Part shown: in pieces, positions 26,968 through 39,063 of the stretch
How the letters are laid out: every line of letters starts with the position of its first letter
Numbering within the stretch: the stretch's first letter is position 1
DNA from: Octopus sinensis
Taxonomy: Eukaryota
Direction of reading: 5' to 3'
Length of the DNA: 64,000 nucleotides
Assembly (NCBI RefSeq): GCF_006345805.1
Contig: NC_043004.1
Location: 52,018,001 to 52,082,000 of the forward strand
Position numbers and translations under genes: made by a program
The notes under the pieces: generated by a model
What the model saw: the letters and a program-made list of their open reading frames with translations, nothing else
Told to the model about the DNA's origin: nothing
Database searches by the model: none

Positions 26968-27027
26968 CTACGCTGATGAAGCTACAGATATACTTGTGAT
27001 ATTAACAGCTGAAACTGCAGTACGTAG
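26968..27027 (+). ncRNA. minimal type I hammerhead, array copy R2
   Basis: Same motif; predicted cut after 27022. Confidence 0.85.
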
Positions 27028-27465
27028 GTAATTATTCCACTTAGTATTTTTCTTTTGTCTCATCCATTGCTTTAGGTCGTGCTGAATTTTATTTTTATTT
27101 GAGAACATAATCCTTGTGGAGAATGGCGATTTGACGTCTATATCTAGCATGTTGACTGTCCCCTTTTTCGTGCTCAGTCCTTAATTGGTATTATAAATAT
27201 TTTAATCTTCGGATTCTTTTTAATGTGCTAGACCACTGGTTTTAATTGACTAATATCAATTTCTACCCTTAATTTTTAATGAAATATATGTTCTCAAACC
27301 GATAAATTGACTGCTGCTAATTATTGGCTGCAGGCTAGTTTTTTTCGATATCAGCGCGCCAAAAGTAGGACATTCGAAGAACATCCGAACGTAATAGGTG
27401 TCTTTTTGCATGCGGGACTTCGGTACCGTTTTTCATCTAGTACAGCATATTATGCTCATAACAGA

Positions 27466-27526
27466 CTACGCCTGATGAAGCTACAGATATCCTTGTGATA
27501 TTAATAGCTGAAACTGCAATACGTAG
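27466..27526 (+). ncRNA. hammerhead, array copy R3 (damaged)
   Basis: Extra C before the core and stem III ACTGCAAT (G to A breaks a pair). Confidence 0.65.
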
Positions 27527-27966
27527 GTAATTATTCCACTTAGTATTTTTCTTTTGTCTCATCCATTGCTTTAGGTCGTGCTGAATTTTATTTTTATTTG
27601 AGAACATAATCCTTGTGGAGAATGGCGATTTGACGTCTATATCTAGCAGGTTGACTGTCCACCTTTTCGTGCTCAGTCCTTAATTGGTATATATAATATT
27701 TTAATCTCGGATTCTTTTTAATGTGCTAGACCACTGGTTTTAATTGACTAATATCATTTCTACCCTTAATTTTTAATATGAATATAATGTTCTCAAACCG
27801 ATAAATTGACTGCTGCTAATTATTGGCTGCAGGCTAGTTTTTCGATTATCAGCGCGCAAAAGTAGAGGCATTCGAAAGATACATCCGAACGTAATAGGTT
27901 GTACTTTTTGCATGCGGGACTTCGGTACCGTTTTTCATCTATACAGCATATTATGCTCCTAACAGA

Positions 27967-28025
27967 CTACGCTGATGAAGCTACAGATATCCTTGTGATA
28001 TTATAGCTGAAACTGCAGTACGTAG
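27967..28025 (+). ncRNA. minimal type I hammerhead, array copy R4
   Basis: Same motif; predicted cut after 28020. Confidence 0.85.
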
Positions 28026-28275
28026 TAATTATTCCACTTAGTAATTTTTTTTTGTCTCATCCATTGCTTTAGGTCGTGCTGAATTTTATTTTTATTTAGA
28101 ACATAATCCTTGTGGAGAATGGCGATTTGACGTCTATATCTAGCATGTGACTGTCCACCTTTTCGTGCTCAGTCCTTAATTGGTATATATAAATATTTTA
28201 ATCTTCGGATTCTTTTTGTGCTGACAAGACCACTGGTTTTAATTGACTAATATCAATTTCTACCCTTAATTTTAA

Positions 28276-28327
<52 letters not shown>

Positions 28328-29574
28328 TATTCGTGTGTGTGCAGCGTACCGGTCATGCCTGCTTGGATTATCTCAGGGCTAATCATAAAAGGCATACAAA
28401 CACACACACAACATAATACACAACGCAAACACACACTCATACACGCACACATTTATATTCGGACATTTGGAGGCTCCGGAGAGTTTAGTGAAAAAGGTAG
28501 CAGTCCGTTGTGCAATGTATCTAAATAAACAGTATTCGGTAAAGCAGTCCCCATATTTATCAATAGGTACCATGTGACGGTGCAATTGACTCTGGGATAA
28601 AGAGATATAATTAAGTAGATATCAAGTGGAGGTGCAGATTATCGAGTGTGAATAATTAATTCGGGGTTCAAACCCTTCACAGAACATTAATAGATCAATA
28701 AATTACTATATTTTTAAGGGTTGTTTTACTTCGCTAATTAAATAAGATTACTATTCCTTTTATCTATATTAATAAGTTTAAAATATTTTGTAAATTAATT
28801 AATATAATTAGCTATTTAATAAGTAAGTATTTGATCTATAATTAAATATTTATCTTATAACTCGGTCTTTAACTACTTTTCATTTCTATTAATTAACCAA
28901 TTTTCACAAATGCCATGTTAATTAACTCACTTTTATTTCTTTAGTTAATTAACAAATTGCTTTAAGTCCTGTCAGTGATAAATTGTTTTATTCTCTTGGT
29001 AATTACGTAATAATTGTGTGTCTCTGGTTAGTTAACCAATTATTATATGATTTTGAATAATTAATTAAATTAACTTGTTTACTTCTAAATAGTTTGGTCT
29101 TTATGTTAATTTAAAAAAATATTTTAAGATTCCTTGAAAGTTCAAAAAATTATTTTAGGTCCTTTGTTAATTAACTCATTATTTTAAATCTGTGGATTAT
29201 TAACTAATTGTCATAGATCTCTTGTTAATTAACCGAATTCTCAACGTTTCACGAAAATTAATGAACTGGGCTTCAGTTGAAAAAATACGGTTTGAAAATA
29301 CCAAAATTTCAAATTTTTTTCGTTGTTCCAAGCGCCATTTTACTTGAACCATAGGTTTCAAATGACCATTGAGGTAGGGTTTCCAACCAGTTCCATTCAT
29401 ATTGCAAGTAATTTCTCTCTGACGACCGCTAATTCGTCACACACACACACATGCACGCACACATACACACATATATATATTCTATAAATAATAAATATAT
29501 ATATAAATAATAAACCATGCAGCATGTTTAGTATATTAATATTATTATTATACTATTATATTTTTAAAGTTAAT

Positions 29575-29707
29575 TATAACCTCTGACGAGGCCTATGGTT
29601 CTATTGACATATAAGTATTATATTTTTTTAAATGCCTACAACCCTATAGGCAATGAAAATTAGATTCACTTTTGACCATAGGCTGAAACAGCTGTAAGAA
29701 GTAGTTT
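29575..29707 (+). ncRNA. type I hammerhead with extended stem II
   Basis: ct-CTGACGA-ggcctatggt...accataggct-GAAA-C-AGCT-GT-A-ag. Stem II 10 bp, palindrome ACAGCTGT, stem I only 2 bp plus a possible distal helix. Confidence 0.75.
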
Positions 29708-29898
29708 ATGGATTTCAGTAATTTATAATATGACTTTTAAAATCTGTATTTGTATTATTATCTTATCTATTGATTTATATAATATTTTTGTATGCTTTTG
29801 ATGTTCTCATTTGTACAATGAATAAATAATCTAACATTATAATATCCGTAAGTTGATGAACAAACTAAATTAGTTTCTCCATTTTCTTATATATATAT

Positions 29899-30317
29899 TA
29901 CTCTTTACTCTAGTTACTCTTTTACTTGTTTCAGTTATTTGACTGCGGCCATGCTGGAGCACCGCCTTTAATCGAGCAAATCGACCCCGGGACTTATTCT
30001 TTGTAAGCCTAGTACTTATTCTATCGGTCGCTTTTGCCGAACCGCTAAGTGACGGGGACGTAAACACACCAGCATCGGTTGTCAAGCAATGCTAGAGGGA
30101 CAAACACAGACACACAAACATATACATACACATTCATACATATATATACATATATACGACAGGCTTCTTTCAGTTTCCGTCTACCAAATCCACTCACAAG
30201 GCATTGGTCGGCCCAAGGCTATAGCAGAAGACAATTGCCTAAGATGCCACGCAGTGGGACTGAACCCAGAACCATGTGGCTGGAAGGCAAGCTACTTACC
30301 ACACAGCCACTCTTGCG

Positions 30318-30320
<3 letters not shown>
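29899..30320 (-). mobile_element. SINE family A, full length
   Basis: Reverse complement of 2571-2969. Confidence 0.9.
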
Positions 30321-30360
<40 letters not shown>

Positions 30361-30368
<8 letters not shown>

Positions 30369-30625
30369 AGTGAATTGAAGAAATGGGGTTGAACGAAGAT
30401 TGAACAGAAATCGTTTTATTGCATTCTACACGTGTTCGAAAGCCACAATTTACCAAATTCCGATTGAATAAGGAGACCATATTGTGTCTTTCTCTTGACA
30501 CAATATGGTCTCCTTATTCAATCGGAATTTGGTAAATTGTGGCTTTCGAAACACGTGTAGAATGCAATAAAACGATTTCTGTTCAATCTTCGTTCAACTC
30601 CATTTCTTCAATTCACTAATAATAT
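30361..30625. repeat. fold-back palindrome, 128/129 bp arms, 8 nt loop
   Basis: Arms 30361-30488 and 30497-30625; one mismatch and one indel; the right arm has GAAACACGTGTA. Confidence 0.95.
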
Positions 30626-30780
30626 TAAAATTCAATTATCCGCACCAACGCATGGTGCAACACCATATGGTTGTACCTCCAACCGTGCTGTCTTCTGCTG
30701 TGATTTTTGCTACCAAGGTATCGGTTAAACTTTTGATTAATCTGCAATAAAATTATTCATCTTTCTATTTCACAATATAT

Positions 30781-30857
<77 letters not shown>

Positions 30858-30889
30858 TATGTATGTATGTATGTATGTATATATATATG

Positions 30890-30958
<69 letters not shown>

Positions 30959-31607
30959 TATATATACCCATGGCTTCTTCCCGGCTTTACAGCCTTTCAG
31001 CGCGTACTCTACAGCTCTTCGTCTAACAGTTCAGGTTGATATTTGTGAAGTATTTGCCTTGTTGGAATAAAATAATTAGTTTCAATTTGATAATAGAGTT
31101 TTTTATAAGAAAAATTATTATTTTATTTATTTCTTTAAAAAATATTGTTTAAATATATTTGATTATTTGTTTAAATATTATCATTAACATGAAGATTGAC
31201 TATAACCATAATTCGAATTATTAATTGAATTTAAATTATTGTTATTCGAATGGGCATGAAACGGTCGTAGTGGTTTTACTTTTTATCTTATATTAAACTT
31301 TTTAATACTTGTTGATAGTTATATATATTTAATATAATAATAGAAATTAAAAAAATTAACTAATTATATAATTAAATAAATAAAAAATAAAAATAAAAAT
31401 AAATAAGAAATAATAAAAAAATATATATATATAAATTTATAAGTATAAATTAATAAGTTACAATTTTAGAAAATTTTTAACTTTAAATTTAAATAATTTA
31501 AATTTTGAATTTTATATATTTTGTATATTATATTAATTAATTTTATTTCTATGTTTTGGTTTATGTTTTTCACTGTTTGATTTGCCTAATAGTGTTTTTA
31601 TCTCTAA

Positions 31608-31654
<47 letters not shown>

Positions 31655-32895
31655 ATATATATACGGCTGGTCACACACTGCACATAGTAGATCCCCTAAA
31701 GGGTATCGCTTAACGCAGACAGCCGGATTGTTGCCATAGAAATCGGAATCCGCGCAGGAGTGTGTAACAATTTTCTTACCGAATGCATAGCGCGGGCAGG
31801 AGGATGCGTGATCGCTGAAACATGTCGATATCCCGATGCCCAGTCAAATAGGAGAGTGTACTGGCGTGCACAGAAGCCGCAGGCCCCAGCCCGGGTGATA
31901 TCGACCGGGGATGACAATCCCGCTGGTATTATCAAATATCCGAATCAGACTTAGAAAATCGAAGTGAAGAATTGTGTAACCCGAGGTTGGTATAAGCTTC
32001 ACTCCTTGTGTAACTTGAATGACAATATTTGCTTTCTGTACTGAATTATTAATTAGTGGTAATCCTCCTATTGGCACCTTTCCTCACCGTCGAATGTGAA
32101 TATTGTATTTCATGAAATTTTCATAGATTCCGTATAAACTCTCTGGTTGTGATTGTTGGACAAGCTGAAACTAGTAGCCGAACGAACCCGTTTAAACCAC
32201 AATTTACTTTCCAGAAAAAGGGGAAGATATATTTAATACTGTGGTTTCAAATGCCTTTAAAGAACAGGTTAATCCTGACTGCAAAATCTTTAGCTATATG
32301 TCTGCTCGTGTAGGATCTGACAGGAGTTGAATAACACAAAGGCAGCAGAATATACAAGGACCTATATCAGCTTCGACGATAAGCTGAACTCTTGAATGCA
32401 ATTATTCTCGTATAGTTTTTTATGGAAACTATAGGTCCATTCAGTGAGGCACACAATGTGACAGGACTGAACCGTTACAGATACTGCACGAAACCAAAGC
32501 AGAACAAGTCACAACACTTGCACTGCACACACAGACACATCATACGCAATACACATACAAACACACACACAGCACAGTATTCACCCAACACCATTACAAA
32601 CACTTTGCAGAATTCATTACTCACATACGCATAAATACATTTAAAAACGCAGGCATACGCATCCCCGAATTCACACACATATATTAATGTGATTTTTATG
32701 GACAGTAATATACAAAACAGTCGAACATTAACTGGAGGATCATTCAATACTTTTAAGTAGAGTATAAACTTTATTTTTACAAGGGAAAAAATGTATGCAC
32801 GCTCTCACATACACTTATACTAGCACACATACATATAAATGTATCGAAACAAGCGCGTGTAAGTTCCTAGGTACCTACCGACATACAAGCGTACG

Positions 32896-32927
<32 letters not shown>

Positions 32928-33004
32928 CATACATAAGTATATTAAATGTGTGTGTATATATATATATATAACTAAATAAATAATAAACCATTTATATGTG
33001 TATA

Positions 33005-33058
<54 letters not shown>

Positions 33059-33208
33059 CATATATATATGAATAAAACATTTCACTTGAAAGTTTGTGGA
33101 AGACTCTACTCTACATCGGTATATATGTTTGCATGTATATATATATATATGTATGTATGTGTGTGTATATATATGTACATATATATATATATATATATAT
33201 GAATAATT

Positions 33209-33246
<38 letters not shown>

Positions 33247-33640
33247 CACACACACACACACACACACATATATACATGCATAACTATACCGATGTAGAGT
33301 CGTCCTCAAACTTTCCAGTGAAATGTTTTATTCATAAAATTCTCGAAATTCGCATTAACAGTAAATCATGAACTCAAATGAAGCTACACACCCAATCACA
33401 TATTCACAGACAAATAGGGAGAGATTCATATACACAAAGGCACACCTATTGACGTACACAGGCATATATATAGACGTGTACACATACAAATGCGTTTACA
33501 AAAAATCTCCAGCTAAAACAAAATAATTATATAAAATGCATCACGTGACCAGGTGATTTATTGCAATGACTTTGAGCATGCAACTCTTCGATTCGAAGCG
33601 ATAAAACTTTTCTCTTCGTGATATAGACCCATCCTGTATA

Positions 33641-33683
<43 letters not shown>

Positions 33684-33752
33684 TCATATAAATTTATATG
33701 TATAATCTATATATATATACTCATATATTTTTATATGTATAATATATATATA

Positions 33753-33799
<47 letters not shown>

Positions 33800-33802
33800 T
33801 TG

Positions 33803-33881
<79 letters not shown>

Positions 33882-34138
33882 GTCAAACTACCTATCTATC
33901 TATTTAGCTCTCTATGATGTGATTCTCTGCAGGAAAGATATTACCTTTACAAAGACGTTGCTTAGGTTCGATCCTATAGTCTGATACTCTGAAATAGCAT
34001 TTTAAAGTATAGAATCGTTTTGACCAGTAACTTAAGAGTTTAATTCTAGTAGACGGAAATCATACAGAAGAAATGGATATATAGGTGCAGGAGTGGCTGT
34101 TTTGAGTGTGCCTTTTTAAGGAGTTCTTAGTTTAAAAT

Positions 34139-34528
34139 TATATATAAAGTTGAAGTTGTCTGTGTATGGCAGGTTTGGTAGCCTTCAACTAACACTATCT
34201 CCTCCGAGACCCTGCGGCGCAAGTTGTCCAAAATTGTGAGTATTATAGAAAAAGACTTGTTCTTCCTTCCGTAGAAGACACAATTCAAATCGGACCATAT
34301 TAACACGAAAAATTATTTACATAAAAAAGGTACTTTCTTCAAATGAAAATCCCTATTTATTTTTTTACGATTTTTTGACTGCCGTGTCGCCATTTTTGGT
34401 GTATTTCAACCAGAAAAATGTTCACTTAAAGAGAATAAGAAGCTACATAATGCAAAATTTTTACTTTTCAAAAATTCCGATTCTAAAGGGTCGAAGCAAA
34501 TCCGAGCAACGCCGGGCGATACTGCTAG
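34139..34528 (+). mobile_element. non-autonomous Helitron-like element
   Basis: 5' tatataaagttgaag with a nearby cttcaact inverted match; 3' GC hairpin ccgagcaacgccggg followed about 8 nt later by CTAG then T. Confidence 0.6.
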
Positions 34529-34605
34529 TATATATATATATATATATATATTTCATATATACATATGTATATAATATATACATACAATTACACTCACATG
34601 CATAC

Positions 34606-34689
<84 letters not shown>

Positions 34690-35270
34690 TCATTATATAC
34701 TATGTACGTGTATATATATTTTGTTAATGAATTAATATTTTCCATCCACTTTTTTTTATATACTTGAATAACTTTAATTTCTGTGTATGTTGAAATTAAT
34801 GCATGAAAATATGTCAAAAGATTCAATCAATACATTTCTAAATAGATACACTCTTGAGATTCTTGAAAGCCAATATCCTCTTTATAATTGCGTATAAAAC
34901 TTCGAAACAATTCTAATGCATTAGAAATAAGTTTTAAAGGGTACAGCAGTAAAACCTGAACTGCATTACAAAATCATTAGTTACTTAAAGTACAATAGTT
35001 TTCAATAGTTTTTATATGTATCTATAAAAGTAGGCACGGGTAATTATTGAATTAAAAAAAAAGTTAATACACAATGATAGTAATATTTTCTTGACAACAA
35101 TAATATAGACAAATCTATTATGTAACATATGGTATAATTATAAACAGGGAAAATGTTTTGTATATTCTAAATATCTCAAATATTTATTTATATCTATATA
35201 TTTATATATGTTCGTATGAGTGTCTATAGAAATAATTTTATGCACATGTATATATGAATGTATGTGCAAG

Positions 35271-35337
<67 letters not shown>

Positions 35338-35455
35338 TATATATTATATATATATATATGCATATATATATATACATATTTATGTATGTATGTATATGTG
35401 TGTGTGTATGTGCATCCATATATATACATACATACATATATACATACATACATGC

Positions 35456-35487
<32 letters not shown>

Positions 35488-35499
35488 AATATATACATA

Positions 35500-35574
<75 letters not shown>

Positions 35575-35578
<4 letters not shown>

Positions 35579-35743
35579 GTGTCTGTGTGTCCCCCACTAC
35601 CCCAACCGCTAAACTAGCGGCTCGGCAAAAGAGACCGATAGAACATGTTCTAGGCTTACAAAGGATAAGTCCTGTGGCGATTAGTTCGACTAAAGGCGGT
35701 GCTCTAGCATAGCCGCAGTGAAATGACTGAAACAAGCAAAAGA

Positions 35744-35745
<2 letters not shown>
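35575..35745 (+). mobile_element. SINE family A, 3' half
   Basis: cggctcggcaaaagagaccgatagaa...gactgaaacaag. Confidence 0.8.
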
Positions 35746-35774
<29 letters not shown>

Positions 35775-35864
35775 ATATCAACAATTGAGGGTAAAATTAA
35801 TTAGTTATTAATCAATTTCACCAAGTATTCTGTATGTAAAAGGACCATTTAAGGCGAATTCAAA

Positions 35865-36119
35865 ATATTACATTATATAATTAGGGCTTAGTAAAATAAA
35901 TTACTTTGCCACATACTGAACTTTCTAGAAATAGCAGCCAAAAAGGCTTTTTAGCCATTTCTACTACTTAAAGAAAATTTCTCTCAGATACATTATCTGA
36001 GAGAAATTTTCTTTAAGTAGTAGAAATGGCTAAAAAGCCTTTTTGGCTGCTATTTCTAGAAAGTTCAGTATGTGGCAAAGTAATTTATTTTACTAAGCCC
36101 TAATTATATAATGTAATAT
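35865..36119. repeat. perfect palindrome, 126 bp arms, 3 nt loop
   Basis: Arms 35865-35990 and 35994-36119; loop cat. Confidence 0.95.
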
Positions 36120-37253
36120 ATATGTATATATATATATGTGTGTGTGTGTGTGCCTGTATACATATACACGACTAAACTTATAAACATTGCAAAATTTCAA
36201 CTTTACAAAGTCTTCATAACTTTGTAGATATTGGCATATGTATATTAATCTTGTGTGTATAATATCTCTGTGCATATCAATATTATTATAGAGCATCTTG
36301 GAAATGTTGAGCTGGTTAAGAAAGATACCACCAACAATGCGTTCAAGCTAACGAGGTAAGAGATAGTCACTGGGTCAGCTAAAATTTGCAGCCACATCTC
36401 TTTTAAATCCAACTCCTTGAAAAGGTCTGCAATGTAGTATCCTTAAATCGCTGTGTAAAAAGCCAATCAAATGTCAGGGATTGTTTTTCGATTACTGGCC
36501 TAGGATTATATAACGTATTTATTTAGTGAAATTGATGTATTATTTTTTACTTTAATCTACTTTGATATAAATCCATCAGTGACCATGCAGTCCTGTTTGG
36601 AGATGATGGAACCACAACTATATTACCTCAACAATTCTGTTTTCGTAAGAGAATAATCTCTCATTCACATTGTTGTGTTTCATGGTGGTGCTTCTTCTGT
36701 TGCTGCTGTAGTTTAATCCATACCAGCCCTGAGCAAGTAAATTATGATCAAATGCACTCTATCCTTGCCCATCCAATCTATTTTCTTTGCAGAAAATTAT
36801 CGAGTATGCCTCACCATATTTAAAGATAATATACAAGGATTTGAGGAACACTTGCTGCTATTTCTAGTAGCATCATTATCTTCCTTTTTGCATGGTTTGT
36901 ACTGTGAAGAGTCCTTATTCACACATGCGGTTTAAAGTAGCATGGGCGTTATTTCTAGTAAAGGAAGTAACAGTGTTGAGGCTTTCACGTTGATTTTAAG
37001 CCACATACAAGAAATAACACGAGTCATAACAGCGATTTGTGGCTGAAATTACCACCATGTTAGTTCATTAGTTTCTCATCTAATTTGTCAATTTCTTAAG
37101 ACAAAATTGTCACAAAGAACCTCCACCAAATTCCATTGAGTCTCATGCAGTTTTTATAGTGGGCAGTATTTCTGAAAATATAGAATCATTGAGAAGTAAT
37201 GAATAGTCTAATTTGGATTATTCACATATATATTGGCTCAAATATAAATGTGT

Positions 37254-37561
37254 GGAGGCGCAATGGCCCAGTGGTTAGGGCAACGGATTCGCGGTCGTAG
37301 GATCGCGGTTTCGATTCCCAGACCGGGCGTTGTGAGTGTTTATTGAGCGAAAACACCTAATTCTCCACGAGGCTCCGGCAGGAGGTGGTGGCGATCCCTG
37401 CTGTACTCTTTCGCCACAACTTTCTCTCACTATTTCTTCTGTTGGTCTGCTGGCTTAGGCAGCGGGGTGGCGTCATTTGAAGGCTAAAACAATGTGAAGC
37501 GCATTGTGACCAGCGATGTGTAACAACATCTGATAGCCTGGTCGGTGACGGTGACGGTGAT
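37254..37561 (+). mobile_element. tRNA-derived SINE, family C
   Basis: ggaggcgcaatggcccagtggttaggg...ggtttcgattccc head; copies at 50382 and 62665. Confidence 0.85.
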
Positions 37562-37888
37562 ATAAATATGTGAAAGACTGAATTTATTTACCAGCTTAGT
37601 CCTGACGCTAACCAAGTGGTACGACTCCTGAAACTATGTTTATTAAAATGCAAAACCAGGGACTATTAGTTTTTACCTATTCAGGAAGTACAATTAGTAA
37701 GTGATGATGGGTTAAGAGAAGAGAAAGATGTTAAGATGGGCAAAGTCAGGTTAGTAGGTTAAAGTTTTGGAGTGTGCGATTGTGAAACAAGCATATATTG
37801 GTCTAATGAAGTGGAGAATAAAGTGGATACTGGTATTATCCCCCTTATTATATGCATTAGCGCCTTCGATGATGGATTATAGATTATG

Positions 37889-38678
37889 AGTTAGTTAGTT
37901 AGTTAATTTGGCTCAAAAGCAAATAGCAAGGCCATGCAGGGGGACATGGAGTTAAGTACAGGGTGGTGTTCATGTAAAGAGTTCAGGCCACTTGATGTCC
38001 AGGGAGGCTTTGAACAAAGCGGTCGTCGGCATCTTCACCATCTCGTCTGGCAGCTTGTTCCACGGATCCGCAACCCGGACGGAGAAAGCTCCTCTCCTTC
38101 GATTGAGATGAAATCGTCGCAGGTAGAGCTTTTCGGAATGACCCCGCAGCCGACGCTCTGGAGCAGGAGTGAAGAACAGCTCTTTCGAGAGGTTACACTT
38201 TCCCGCTTATGATGTTGTGGGCGAGAATGAGATCACCACGGCGGCGGCGTTTTTCAAGAGAATAAAGGTCGAGCGTCCTCAGCCTTTCTTCGTAGGACAA
38301 ATTTTTGAGACCATGAACCATGCGGGTAGCCAGCTTCTGGACTCTCTCGAGATGCTGTATGTCTTTGAGGAGATAAGGAGAAGAGGCTTGAATCCCATAC
38401 TCCAATATGGGTCTCACCAGCGTGACATAGAGTGGTAGGAATATGGCTGCTGTGAGCATTCCGAATGACCGTCGAATCAAGAACAGAATTCCGCGCGCTT
38501 TGTTGGCAGCATGGACGCACTGGGCCGAAGGCGAAAAGGAGGAATCCACCAAGATACCCAGGTCCTTTACCTGATCGGTCCTCTCCAGCAGCAGACGACC
38601 CGGCTCGAAATCAAGTTGAGTTGCAGGAGGAGAGCCAACAGGCATATGACAGCACTTTGACACGTTCAGACACAGGTC
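37889..38678 (-). mobile_element. 5'-truncated CR1/L2-group LINE, ORF2 C-terminus
   Basis: KDLGILVD, LYVTLVRPILEY, LERVQKLATRMV, LSYEERL, RGDLI; after a 1 nt frameshift near 38197, RGHSEKL...FSVRVADPWNKLP...stop at 37970-37972; (TAAC)n tail. Confidence 0.9.
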
Positions 38679-39063
38679 CCAACGTCTCGGAGAGAGTCCT
38701 TTTTCGGGGTGAAACTGAAAGGAGAAAAATTAATAGGGACAGATTAATTATACATCCTTTAAGTTAAAAAACAAACTGGTTGCACGATATTGTTATTCAT
38801 GATCATGTCTTTCTAAATAATGTTTATGATAAGTCAGAGACGTTAGTCAGAGTTATATTATACAAACAGGCAAAACATATGGGTACTTTCATAATGAGAC
38901 GTCTCTGACTTATCATAAACATTATCTAGAAAGACATGATCATGAATAACAATATCTTGCAACCAGTTTGTTTTTTAACTTAAAGGATGTATAACTAATC
39001 TGTCCCTATTAATGTTTCTCCTTTCAGTTTCACCCCGAAAAAGGACTCTCTCCGAGACGTTGG
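38679..39063. repeat. inverted repeat, 165 bp arms, 55 bp spacer
   Basis: Arms 38679-38843 and 38899-39063; about 4 differences. Confidence 0.92.

Larger units (their letters stand above)
25447..28275. mobile_element. array of ~500 bp HHR-bearing units (retrozyme-like / PLE pseudo-LTR concatemer) with internal inversion
   Basis: About 1.3 units at 25447-26093 (HHR on minus) and about 4.4 units at 26101-28275 (HHR on plus); periods 504, 498, 501; (TA)n on both flanks. Confidence 0.9.

Noticed and set aside
25486-27150. Repeated 60-64 aa ORF MLDIDVKSPF...
   Set aside because: Antisense to the ribozyme strand of the array unit; no recognisable GIY-YIG or RT motif.
25447-28275. CRISPR-like or plain satellite interpretation of the array
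   Set aside because: No unique spacers and a eukaryotic context; the ribozyme, inversion and TA termini fit retroelement origin better.
30975-31030. Minus-strand agacgaagagc...gcgctgaaaggctgta
   Set aside because: Core and stem III both defective; at most a very decayed hammerhead.
32160-32180. gct-GAAA-CTAGT-A half motif
   Set aside because: No CTGANGA upstream.
37254-37330. tRNA-like sequence (also 2571, 6397, 50382)
   Set aside because: SINE heads with A/B boxes but no complete cloverleaf; continuous with the SINE body.
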